A stretch of DNA of 64,000 nucleotides, taken from NCBI GenBank assembly GCA_963797095.1, contig CAWCNY010000002.1, positions 256,001 through 320,000 of the forward strand, given 5' to 3'. The number at the start of each line of letters is the position of its first letter. Position 1 is the first letter of the stretch. This DNA is from an uncultured Chloroflexia bacterium (GTDB taxonomy: Bacteria; Chloroflexota; Chloroflexia; QHBQ01; JADMIH01). Made by a program: the position numbers and the translations under genes. Positions 9,001-16,921 of this stretch are shown here, one piece after another. Under the pieces are notes generated by a model that did not search any database, had not been told where the DNA came from, and worked only from the letters and a program-made list of their open reading frames with translations.

Positions 9001-9534
9001 AACGGCTACACCAGTGGCTGTGAAAGCGGCAACCCATGCTTCCGCCCTGACAATAACGTCACAAGAGGACAACTTGCCAAGATAGTGTCCAATTCAGCAG
9101 GCTGGAGCGATATCATCCCACCTACCCAACAGTCCTTCCAGGATGTCCTGCCCGCCGGTACCTTCTGGGAGTTCATAGAGCGTATGGTATCGCATGGCGC
9201 GATCCAGGGCTATCCGTGCGGCGGGCCGGGCGAGCCGTGCGGTTCCGGTAGCCTGCCCTATTTCCGACCTGATAACCCTGCCACCCGTGGACAGATAAGC
9301 AAAGTCGTCGTGATCTCGGCGGAGATGCCGGTTGACACCACCGGAGGCCCGCACTTCACCGATGTGGCCGATGGCTCTACCTTCTACGACTACATAGAGA
9401 CACTCTACACCGCGGGCGCGATCCAGGGCTACCCGGATAACACCTTCCGTCCAAACAATCTCGCCACCAGGGGTCAGATTTCCAAGATCGTATCCAACGT
9501 CTTCTACCCGGAGTGTAACCCGACCAGGCGCTAG
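6040..9534 (+). CDS. Secreted Kelch beta-propeller + 2 NIDO-like domains + Ser/Thr linker + SLH protein
   Basis: N-terminal signal peptide; Kelch motifs (KVYILGG, KLYIFGG, YIYAIGG, YDP...W); three SLH repeats. Confidence 0.9.
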   Translation: MSKRVFYSLAISIMLPLALAMLVWAFANSSQSKPPGSMEAGVKPNMPLGTWGDVVSFPTVDLGFHGSEPTTGPLMLKRAVAVGYPSNGKVYILGGKHRPDGADIGVRWIWEYNPSNNTLTQKNAMLDVDQNGSRYTANMAVGVLTDTNGSRIYIVGGSTINGNVTGAVRVYDPNTDTLTSSDTWPADPPRVPGGYAVYDNKLYIFGGHQIEPTSQLFNDTWVFDPTMPQGQRWAQLTGAGLAVPRAYIGGAELDGYIYAIGGDQVISNTATPLSIVERMDPGQPSPSWQQVASLPWPKGDIGAWAYDTGSPYEIAGKIVIAGGGYPVPDTSALIYNPGTNSWATFPSMLRPRRNYAAAQLNGMLYAWGGYDVHGNLYNGSNSSMAYNASGPPPPPGITPSATPTPEPISCMATANYTYTVSTGVGMDPGTTLIPGTTCQTCLVNIPLPFPVELYGRTFNTAEIGSTGNMQFDSDNSFWINRPLPWNGLSYSLFPFWDDLNLLGSGHGIYTSTVGASPNRIFNVEWRGATNDFEVRLFENATNFEFIYGSGTGGSGTIGVQKDMTYYTQVGYNVTQPASGTRYNWTSEPCGTPTSTVTGTPPTSTRTPTITNTPTATPTSIFGTYTFCATTGATIVLGATDIGNHCDDCLTTTALPFPFQVYDQSFTSVQVSSNGQLDFGLGDSGFLNSCLPDVNPTYAIFAYWDDLLTNGAGDGVFTSITGSAPNRIFNIEWRAHYFSGGGVVNFEVRLYEGSMRGDIIYGQVDDQGMSATVGIQRTNDSSNFTEYECNSGGITGGLMLTFGAPCGTVTPTPAAPTNTSTPLPPTSTSTSTSTSTSTSTSTSTSTSISTSTSTSTSTSTSTSTSVPPTSTFTQVPTSTSTSSPVPTTTGPPSTDTATTTATDTPVSTDTPLPLPTDTALPTSTNTSVPAPTDTSLPVPTDTSLPVPTDTTVAIPTETPTVCTINFTDVSPGSTFYDYITCMACRGIINGYTSGCESGNPCFRPDNNVTRGQLAKIVSNSAGWSDIIPPTQQSFQDVLPAGTFWEFIERMVSHGAIQGYPCGGPGEPCGSGSLPYFRPDNPATRGQISKVVVISAEMPVDTTGGPHFTDVADGSTFYDYIETLYTAGAIQGYPDNTFRPNNLATRGQISKIVSNVFYPECNPTRR
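8512..8631 (+). repeat. Hexamer microsatellites (ACATCT)x9 and (AGCACC)x7 encoding the Thr-Ser linker
   Basis: Counted directly: 8512-8565 and 8587-8628. Confidence 0.92.
8802..9101 (+). repeat. 300-bp direct repeat, copy 2
   Basis: Near-identical to 1229-1528. Confidence 0.92.
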
Positions 9535-9554
9535 ATCGCTTGTCCGAAGTAAAA

Positions 9555-9591
9555 ACATCAAACTGGGCTGCGTCGCAGCCCAGTTTGATGT
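9555..9591. terminator. Bidirectional terminator hairpin
   Basis: ACATCAAACTGGGCTGCG / CGCAGCCCAGTTTGATGT perfect inverted repeat between convergent genes. Confidence 0.8.
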
Positions 9592-9604
9592 AATCAATTA
9601 GCCA

Positions 9605-10156
9605 TTACCCAAATACCTGCTCAACCAGCTCTTGAAATTCCGCGCAAAAAGGTACCGCCTGCTGTCCAGGCGGCACATACTCGCATAGGCTTTCTACCAG
9701 GGCGCGGTAATACCACTCCTGTTCCTTGCGCCCTCTCTTGAATACTCCCCAGATTGCATCTCCCATCCTGGCGTACCCATCGGCTATCGTTCTGAGATTG
9801 TGTAACTTATCGGCACAGGACACCACGCGCACCTCATATGGTGCTGTTCGTAAATAGCGTACCGTGTGCTCTTTGCGCTCCTCCCACGACGCCGCTTTAT
9901 CAGGCTCCGAGCACCCCTGCACGATATCTGCCACCCTCTCCCCGAACACCTCTCTTATCTCACCCAGCGTCACATAGGTGTCCTCTACAGTATCGTGCAG
10001 AATACCTGCTGCCACCACCTCAGCCTCGAACCCGGCGTGCGCCAGCATAATCCCCACAGAGTAGGGGTGCACGATATACGGTATGTCGGTTCCTTTGCGC
10101 AACTGCCTGCGATGCGCCAGCGTCGCTACCTCGATGGCTCGGTCTGCTAAATCCAC
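9605..10156 (-). CDS. HD-domain small alarmone (ppGpp) hydrolase-like protein (Mesh1/SpoT HD family)
   Basis: HxxQxRKG, PYIVHP, ILHDTVEDT and ADKLHN motifs; GTG start overlaps corA stop. Confidence 0.85.
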   Translation of the reverse strand: MDLADRAIEVATLAHRRQLRKGTDIPYIVHPYSVGIMLAHAGFEAEVVAAGILHDTVEDTYVTLGEIREVFGERVADIVQGCSEPDKAASWEERKEHTVRYLRTAPYEVRVVSCADKLHNLRTIADGYARMGDAIWGVFKRGRKEQEWYYRALVESLCEYVPPGQQAVPFCAEFQELVEQVFG

Positions 10157-11277
10157 TTGCGCCACCTGAAGAACGCCAGCATACTGAGCGCCACCAGTAT
10201 CATGCAACCCACCACGATCTCGAATGCGAATGGGTGATCTTCGGCAGGCAGGTTGATGTTCATGCCATAGATGCCGGTGATCAGGGTGAGCGGTAGGAGG
10301 ATCACCGAGATGATTGTCAGCACCTTGATGATGTCGTTGATCCGGTTGTTGGTTAGCGATGTGATCGTGTCGCTCAATCCCTCGATAACCTCTTTATAGT
10401 CCTCCAACGTATCCCATATCTTGCTCAGGTGGTCGGCTATATCTCCAAAATAGTCCTCGGTGTCCTCGTTCAGGTAGGGCCTGTTCTTGCGCTCCAGGCT
10501 CCCGATCACCGGGATCAGCGGCTTGATGATACGCCGGAAGGCGATTATGTCCCGCCGAATGATCGATATCTCCAGCACAGTCTGGCGCACCTTCTCCTCG
10601 AAGATATCGTCCTCTACTTGCTCGATATTCAGGTCTATTTTGTTCAAAATGGGGAAGCAATAGTCCACCAGCCTATCGACGATACTATAAAGCAAATATC
10701 CGGTGGACCTCCCCATCACCTGGTCTCGCACCTCCTGTTCCTCGGCGCACTGCTTGAAGAGCCTGTTCAGAGGCTTGAGGTTGCCCGCGTGCGCTGTAAT
10801 CAAGAAGCTCGCGCCCACGAACATATCTACTTCGCTCGGTGTGGTGATTCGCACAAGCTTGGAGTACACGGGGAAGTGCATGACGATGAAAGCGTAATCG
10901 TCCTCGTCGTCGATCTTGGGGCGCTGTATCTTTGACAGCATATCGTCCATGTGCAATGGGTGGAAGCCATAGGTCTTGCGCAGCCACTCCTTCTCTTCCT
11001 CGCCTGGGTGCATGATATTCACCCAGGTGATTCCATTGTGGGTCACCGTCTGGATATTCAAGGTGCGCGGGCCTGCGGGTACGGGTGCTATTCCCCTTGG
11101 ACGTGTGCGCGCATCCTGTGCGGCAGGCACAGAGACTACAGGCTCGGCCACTTCGTAGGTGGCATTGCCGTCTCTGCCGTTCGATTTTACGGGCGGGCTT
11201 GGTGTGGGGCGTGCGTTCGCCCCGGTGCGTCTCTCTGGCACGGGTCTGCCCCTCCTGGATCTAGCTTCCATAATCAT
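10147..11277 (-). CDS. corA: Magnesium/cobalt transporter CorA
   Basis: RPKID motif, YGMN signature, two C-terminal TM helices. Confidence 0.93.
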   Translation of the reverse strand: MIMEARSRRGRPVPERRTGANARPTPSPPVKSNGRDGNATYEVAEPVVSVPAAQDARTRPRGIAPVPAGPRTLNIQTVTHNGITWVNIMHPGEEEKEWLRKTYGFHPLHMDDMLSKIQRPKIDDEDDYAFIVMHFPVYSKLVRITTPSEVDMFVGASFLITAHAGNLKPLNRLFKQCAEEQEVRDQVMGRSTGYLLYSIVDRLVDYCFPILNKIDLNIEQVEDDIFEEKVRQTVLEISIIRRDIIAFRRIIKPLIPVIGSLERKNRPYLNEDTEDYFGDIADHLSKIWDTLEDYKEVIEGLSDTITSLTNNRINDIIKVLTIISVILLPLTLITGIYGMNINLPAEDHPFAFEIVVGCMILVALSMLAFFRWRKWI

Positions 11278-11383
11278 TATAAACCACGGAGGGTAGGAAA
11301 AAGGCTGTAACGCGCAGCCAGTCCTTGAGGCAAGCGATTTCTTGCCTCAACAGAAGTGCGGTCCTGTGCGTTTCGAAAGGCGA

Positions 11384-12046
11384 CTACAAAATGCTGAATT
11401 CCAGCGAGCGCATGATCCGCGCGCCCCTTTCCAGTGGAAGGGGCGACAGCGCTCGCCTCAGTTCCTCAGCGTCATACCCTGTCGTGCGCAGGGTATGCAT
11501 GATCCTGTGCATCTTTTCGGTGTCTGCGCGCTGGGCGGCATCGGCGAGAGCATAGGTCAAGGGCACCACTGCTACATCCATATCCTCCCACCTGACTTTG
11601 CGGGCCGCCGCCTTGAGGCACAGCCCTACCGGGTCGGCGTGTACGCTCCGAATATAGGACACCTGCACATTCGTGTTGCCTACGGGCCAGCGGCCAAGCC
11701 AGGTAGCGCGCCCGCCCGCGCTCCAGGCCACTACACGCTGGTGCACGTTAGAGCGCCACAGGTCCGATGGCGCGGTGTTGCCTCCCAGCCTGTATACGAT
11801 TGTGGCGGCTGTATCGGGCGCTTCATATATCTTCATCAATTGCGCGAAATAGGCGGTGGCGAATGGCGAAATCGCCCTGAATTCCAATGTCTCAGGCTCA
11901 ATCGCGCTTACCCCTTGCAAGAAAAGCGCGGCGTCACCCGCCAGTAACCAGGGGACAGGTGTGCGGGTGGTGGGATCGTACACTCTCTTCAGGGTTTGCC
12001 GGAGGGCATCTGCCCAACCACGGCTGGATGGCATGCTCACGTTCAT
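11384..12046 (-). CDS. Hypothetical protein, possible degenerate nucleotidyltransferase fold
   Basis: WLLAGDAALFLQGV resembles the hhhGGxAh NTase N-terminal motif; catalytic DxD not evident. Confidence 0.55.
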   Translation of the reverse strand: MNVSMPSSRGWADALRQTLKRVYDPTTRTPVPWLLAGDAALFLQGVSAIEPETLEFRAISPFATAYFAQLMKIYEAPDTAATIVYRLGGNTAPSDLWRSNVHQRVVAWSAGGRATWLGRWPVGNTNVQVSYIRSVHADPVGLCLKAAARKVRWEDMDVAVVPLTYALADAAQRADTEKMHRIMHTLRTTGYDAEELRRALSPLPLERGARIMRSLEFSIL

Positions 12047-12157
12047 AGCTCTAACACCTCACAATCTATCTCTAAAATGACTCTAACACTCTCTACATTG
12101 TTGGCCGGTTCTTGGGCGTCATTATTTCTATGTCCGGCCCGCAAATGAACATTCCGG

Positions 12158-13414
12158 CTATTCGCCTATCCACGCCCTGCGCAATGGCACAGGCTCTTCC
12201 TGCGCTCGCTCCCTCTGGCGGGGCATAGCCCCCGCGGATGCGGTTACATGCCTCTCTTCGTCTTCCACTTCCTCCACGCTGCCAGGCGCGATGCTTGTCC
12301 AACTGGTGATCAACTTGACGCCTTTTTCAACCTCGGCGCTTGAAATATGGGCAGCCTGGAACCGGATCAACTCTGTGTTGAGCGAGATCAGGAAATCGCC
12401 CTGCCCAAGCAGGCTTTGCGCGCCCGACCCCTTCATCCCGGTAGCCATGCGGGCAGACTCTGCGCTTGCCACCGGGCCGGTGATCCGTGCGCCCCATTCC
12501 GCGTTCAACCCCAGGTCGAACCGCTCCGATGCCACGACTATATAGATGCCCGCCTTGTCTCCTGCCTCCAAGAGTCGGGCCAGGGCGTTTATCACCTCTG
12601 AGTTGGCCTCCATCCGCTGATTCGCTCCCCACAGCAACGCATCGATCCCATCCACCAGGATGACCAACTCAGGTTCGTCCGTTTCCGCTACGTTCGTGCC
12701 TGCGCGCCTGCGCGCCTGCTGCGTCTCCTCGTCAAAGAAAAGTTCGTCGCTATCATCGTCGTCTATCCTGGCCGCATCTCGACGGGCAAGCGTCCTCAAC
12801 GCCCATCTCAAGCTCACCAGCGACTCGATAGGCCCGTTCGCTATCGGGCAGGCAAGGTGCGGCAGCAACTCCATGCCACGGAAAGCCACCCTGTCGCCGC
12901 TGGCGTCCATCAGCAGCAACCTCAACTTGTCGGGCGAGTTGTGGAGCGCCAGCGACATCGCCATAGCGCGCAATAGCCTGCTCTTGCCGGCCCCATGCTC
13001 GCCGCTGATCAGCACAGGGTTCACATCGGGTGCGTTGAGCCTCAACAGCAGGGGAGTGCCCGTACCCTCGTTGTCCATCCCCAGCGTGGCGGTACTAGGG
13101 GGCACCACGTCTGCCACTCGCTGGATTAGGGGAAGCAACCGCACAGGGATCGGGTCGGGGCGCGGCACTTCGAGATACACCCCGGTCTCATCTCCGTCTA
13201 CCGCCAGCCTGCACGCCACTACCCCCAACGCCTCGGCCATCTCCTCCACAAGCGGCGACAGTATGGATGCTCGCACGCCCGTCGGCAGCACAATATGGAA
13301 GTGTGCCAGCCTGGGCGAAAGCCTCCCACCGTCCACGTTTGCGCGCAATCCGTGTGTGTGCATTACGTATTCGATGGTTGTTGCTTGCTTATCTAGAATG
13401 TCTCTCAGTGCCAT
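12158..13414 (-). CDS. FtsK/SpoIIIE-like ATPase (motor domain only)
   Basis: LEVP motif, Walker A GEHGAGKS, 'SPDKLRLLLMD', 'LPHL', 'GAQSLLGQGDFL', 'RFQAA'; no TM or gamma domain. Confidence 0.8.
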   Translation of the reverse strand: MALRDILDKQATTIEYVMHTHGLRANVDGGRLSPRLAHFHIVLPTGVRASILSPLVEEMAEALGVVACRLAVDGDETGVYLEVPRPDPIPVRLLPLIQRVADVVPPSTATLGMDNEGTGTPLLLRLNAPDVNPVLISGEHGAGKSRLLRAMAMSLALHNSPDKLRLLLMDASGDRVAFRGMELLPHLACPIANGPIESLVSLRWALRTLARRDAARIDDDDSDELFFDEETQQARRRAGTNVAETDEPELVILVDGIDALLWGANQRMEANSEVINALARLLEAGDKAGIYIVVASERFDLGLNAEWGARITGPVASAESARMATGMKGSGAQSLLGQGDFLISLNTELIRFQAAHISSAEVEKGVKLITSWTSIAPGSVEEVEDEERHVTASAGAMPRQRERAQEEPVPLRRAWIGE

Positions 13415-13468
13415 TCTTTTAACCTCAGTTTGTTTTTGGTAGTCGGTAGACGGTAGCCGATAGTCGGA

Positions 13469-13978
13469 TCAGGGTTCCTGGTTCCTTGTTATTGGTTGGT
13501 GGTTGGTTTTCAGCCAGGTCCTGATCGTTTCTATGTGCTCCGGATAGTGCCTGAACGTGCATCCTGCGATTATCTTCCAGGGAACCCAGTCCTCCGGCAT
13601 GTTGGTATAGCGGCCCGGGTCGTTCAGGTCCGCGTCTTCGATTTTTTCTACTTCCTGGAAGAGGGTATCGCGCACCTCGCCAGCCTCGGCAAGCACCCTG
13701 TCCAGGGGCAAATCTCGATCTCGCTCGAAAAGCACCCTGTTTCGTTGGTCGTTGCTCATCAGCCAGAGGTCCTCGGAGCCTGTGTTAAAATCGCGTGCTC
13801 TCAGCATCTTGACCATTTCAAGCTCGTTCCAGGTGTTGTGTGTGATTACGTCCTTCACGGTCCACTCGCCGCCATCTACCCCAGGCTCGGTCATCCATTC
13901 TTGCGGTATCCCTGCAAGCAAGTCATCCCATTCGGCCCGCCGTTTGTATAACGCTTCTAGAAACTCTGCTCTGTTCAT
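13469..13978 (-). CDS. DinB/ClbS/DfsB-family four-helix bundle protein
   Basis: WTVKDVITH...W and HYPEH motifs. Confidence 0.85.
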   Translation of the reverse strand: MNRAEFLEALYKRRAEWDDLLAGIPQEWMTEPGVDGGEWTVKDVITHNTWNELEMVKMLRARDFNTGSEDLWLMSNDQRNRVLFERDRDLPLDRVLAEAGEVRDTLFQEVEKIEDADLNDPGRYTNMPEDWVPWKIIAGCTFRHYPEHIETIRTWLKTNHQPITRNQEP

Positions 13979-14041
13979 GGTTTGCCTTGTCGGACGAGTG
14001 ACGAGTGATGAGTCAATACGCAGTACGCAGTAGGTCACGTT

Positions 14042-14845
14042 TCACCCTTTCAGCACTACTGTTACTACTCCTTGAATTCTTACCGGGTCGCGGTTGCTTT
14101 CGTGTTTGCCTGCGAAGAGGCGGATCGGATCGGTTGAGGCTGTGGCCGACTGCAAGAACACATGGTCTTGGCGCTTATAGTAGCGCTTGAGGGTGGCGAG
14201 ACCTTCCGTGCCGCCCGCTTCGCCTTCGATATAGTTGGCGATCACGAAATCGCCGTCGTCGGCCCAATCCTGCGGCCTCACCACGACTATATCGCCCGGC
14301 TCGATCCCTACATGGGTCATTGAGGTGCCTCGCACTCGCAGGGCGTATGCACCGCCCCTGGCAAGCGCCTTATCGACGGCCACTCCCCGGTCGAGGCAAT
14401 CGTAATCCTGGAAGGCTACCGTCACATCGTACTGGCCTGCCGCGATCTCTCCGATAACGGGGAGGCGTGCCGCGCTGGACGCGCCCTTCGTCGCGCCCGC
14501 GCGCTCAAGCGTGGTGACATACACGCTGCTATTGTGCCTGTTGCGGCCCCGGTCTATCGTTTGGGCCTCAGTGGCGGCGCGCTTGCGCTCTCTGCCTAGC
14601 ACCCGATACGCCTTGACGTCGGTCTTTAACGCCTGGAGGGCGACCCGCCCCGGCTCCTGCCTAATAAAACGCGCCCACGCCGGGTCAGGCCCCGGCTGCG
14701 GCCCGACCACTACATTCCTTTGAGAAGACCCCTGCTCCGAAAAACGTATGACCATTTGCAGATCCTCCTGTAGTTCGACTTGCGTATTGCGTATCACCCC
14801 ACCTAGCGTGTCGTCTCTCGTCTCGGTCCTCTCAAGCTCTAACAT
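14042..14845 (-). CDS. S24 (LexA/UmuD-type) autopeptidase with unrecognised N-terminal domain
   Basis: LPVIGEIAAG cleavage site, ALRVRGTSM (Ser), ATLKR (Lys). Confidence 0.8.
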   Translation of the reverse strand: MLELERTETRDDTLGGVIRNTQVELQEDLQMVIRFSEQGSSQRNVVVGPQPGPDPAWARFIRQEPGRVALQALKTDVKAYRVLGRERKRAATEAQTIDRGRNRHNSSVYVTTLERAGATKGASSAARLPVIGEIAAGQYDVTVAFQDYDCLDRGVAVDKALARGGAYALRVRGTSMTHVGIEPGDIVVVRPQDWADDGDFVIANYIEGEAGGTEGLATLKRYYKRQDHVFLQSATASTDPIRLFAGKHESNRDPVRIQGVVTVVLKG

Positions 14846-15046
14846 CTACAGATAATCTCATTTTGAAACAGCAATACTTTGAATGAACCTTGAAACTCTA
14901 TTTTATGGTGCTGCGGGCACACGCATGGATGGCGAACCGGCCATGGAGTGTTCCAGGGCCGGAGCGCTCGTATGAAACGGGAACGTACCGTAATATAGAA
15001 AGGTGTTGTATTGTGGGCGGCAACCTGCGCCCTCTATGCCGGACTC

Positions 15047-15745
15047 CTAGTCGAGGCGGCGAATGACGCCAATCACGCGGCCCTTGATCTCGATGTTGTC
15101 GGGGGCTGTGTAGATCGGCTGCATGGTGCTGTTGGCCGGTTGGAGCCTCACCCTACCGTCTTCCAGGTAGAAGCGCTTGAGGGTTGCTTCCTGCTCGGCC
15201 TTGAGCCATGCCGCTACTGTCTGCCCGTTCTCGGCGGTCTCCTGCGACTCGATGATCACCATGTCGCCATCGTTGATCAGGGCGTCGATCATCGACTGCC
15301 CCTTGACCCTCAAGGCGTACAGGCGCTCAATGTGGCTGGAATGCCTGCCGAGCAGATCGCCGGTTACCTCAACCTGGTCGTCGGTGGTCGCGCCCATGCG
15401 GATATCCTCCAGCACCGGGATTGGCAAACCGGCGGCGATGGGAGTTGGCGCAACAGGGATCATGTAGGACGGTTGGCGGTTCTTGCTCCGGCCCATGCTG
15501 TCTACCATCTCGATAGCTCGCGACTTATTGCGGTCGCGCCTGATGTACCCAGCCTCTTCCAGCGCCTTCAGGTTGTAGTCGATCACCGATGTGGAGGTGT
15601 TGCCCGACGCGGTTCGCACCAGCCCGGCACGCTCTACCTCGCTCTTGATCTCGCGGATCGACGGCGCATAGCCGTGATCCTGGCTGTACTGCCTTATGAA
15701 AGCGAGGATAAAACGTTGGCGGTCGGATAGTTTCTTTTTTCTCAT
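15047..15745 (-). CDS. lexA: SOS repressor LexA
   Basis: LSDRQ..IL.FI...GYAPSIREI winged helix; IAAG, VKGQSM and ATLKRF; SOS box upstream. Confidence 0.96.
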   Translation of the reverse strand: MRKKKLSDRQRFILAFIRQYSQDHGYAPSIREIKSEVERAGLVRTASGNTSTSVIDYNLKALEEAGYIRRDRNKSRAIEMVDSMGRSKNRQPSYMIPVAPTPIAAGLPIPVLEDIRMGATTDDQVEVTGDLLGRHSSHIERLYALRVKGQSMIDALINDGDMVIIESQETAENGQTVAAWLKAEQEATLKRFYLEDGRVRLQPANSTMQPIYTAPDNIEIKGRVIGVIRRLD

Positions 15746-15840
15746 TGCGTTTTCCTTTTTAGGTTCCTCTCTAGTGGCCTATTGGCTCACCATAGCAGCT
15801 AGGCACTTTGCCTGCTTGACCGCCAATATGCCTTAAGGCG

Positions 15841-15891
15841 ACTATATCATAGAACATAGGTTCGTGTCAATAGGTTTTTGCACTAATGTTC
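15841..15891 (-). promoter_or_regulatory. lexA promoter with LexA boxes
   Basis: Minus strand TTGACA-N18-TATAGT; GAACATAGGTTC (15852-15863) in the spacer; second degenerate box GCACTAATGTTC (15880-15891). Confidence 0.88.
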
Positions 15892-16015
15892 CAAATTCAC
15901 ACACTAATTGTGTACTAAGGGACGGTTTTGGCGAGGAAAAAAGGGATAGTTGGGGAGGTGGACCTTTGTCGGGACGGGATGGTATCATGCTTTTGTTTAG
16001 AGCGAAGGTACACTT

Positions 16016-16774
16016 ATGACCAGACAATTTCGCTTGCCCGTGCTGCTCGGCTCCGCTTTGTTGGTGGTCGTCGTGGCGCTCGCCCTTTGGGCCATTCTCC
16101 TGGCTAACCGCGAGCCGGTAGACCTGGGATCAACTTCTGCAACGCCTACCGCACCTGCTTCAGAGACATCGTCGCCGACGGCGGTTGCCGGTTTCGCTAG
16201 CCCAACTGCTATCGCCACGCCGGATGCTTCCACATCTCCGGGTGAGAGGCCGCTGGCCCTCCCTGTACTCTCTGCGGGAGAGTCCTGCCCGATCAGCACA
16301 GGCAGCAAGAAAGCTATTCCCCCGGAATCGGAAGTCTTTTGTGCAGAGTGCTTCTGGTTCGGAAGCGGTCCGGTCTATTTCGCGATGACCTATAACAACG
16401 AGAGCGCGGAGGCCACGTTCAGCCTGGATGGGGTTCCGTACTCGGAGAACGCTTATCGAGCAAAGACGCCGTGGACCAGCGACCCCGATTATTCGGGACC
16501 AATAAGGATAAGAGGCGGGCAGCTGGACGGGACGAACGAGCAGAGGCCCAGCTTCTCGAATCAAGAAGAAACCCCGGCTGACGAGCTACTGCTCACGGGG
16601 TATGGTGGACCAAGCTCAACGCTCTGGCCTCTCTGGCGCTCGCTGATGTGGGTGCCCGGCCCAGGCTGCTACGGCGTGCAGATAGACACCGAGGACGGCA
16701 CCGATATTGTGATCTTCGAGGCTACCAGGAGCGCAGAGCCTGCTCCCACACCTGCATCGCCAACGTCTCAATAA
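16016..16774 (+). CDS. Hypothetical membrane-anchored/secreted protein
   Basis: N-terminal TM, S/T/P linker, globular domain ending VPGPGCYGVQID. Confidence 0.75.
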   Translation: MTRQFRLPVLLGSALLVVVVALALWAILLANREPVDLGSTSATPTAPASETSSPTAVAGFASPTAIATPDASTSPGERPLALPVLSAGESCPISTGSKKAIPPESEVFCAECFWFGSGPVYFAMTYNNESAEATFSLDGVPYSENAYRAKTPWTSDPDYSGPIRIRGGQLDGTNEQRPSFSNQEETPADELLLTGYGGPSSTLWPLWRSLMWVPGPGCYGVQIDTEDGTDIVIFEATRSAEPAPTPASPTSQ

Positions 16775-16921
16775 AACAGGGCTCGTTCTATATCTTCGCC
16801 TTTACTGGCACTCACATAGTACAGAGTACCCTGCTGACCGTTACCTATATCCTATTCCATGCTCGCACCCGCACCTTTACAATTATTACAGGGCTACTAA
16901 CTGCCCCTGGGAGGTTTTGCC

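Noticed and set aside
1229-9101. 300-bp repeat pair as a DGR template/variable repeat
   Set aside because: Only one synonymous mismatch, no adenine-specific pattern and no reverse transcriptase in the window.
14042-15745. Prophage cI/cro switch or umuDC operon
   Set aside because: No phage, integrase or Y-family polymerase genes; lexA is canonical and autoregulated.
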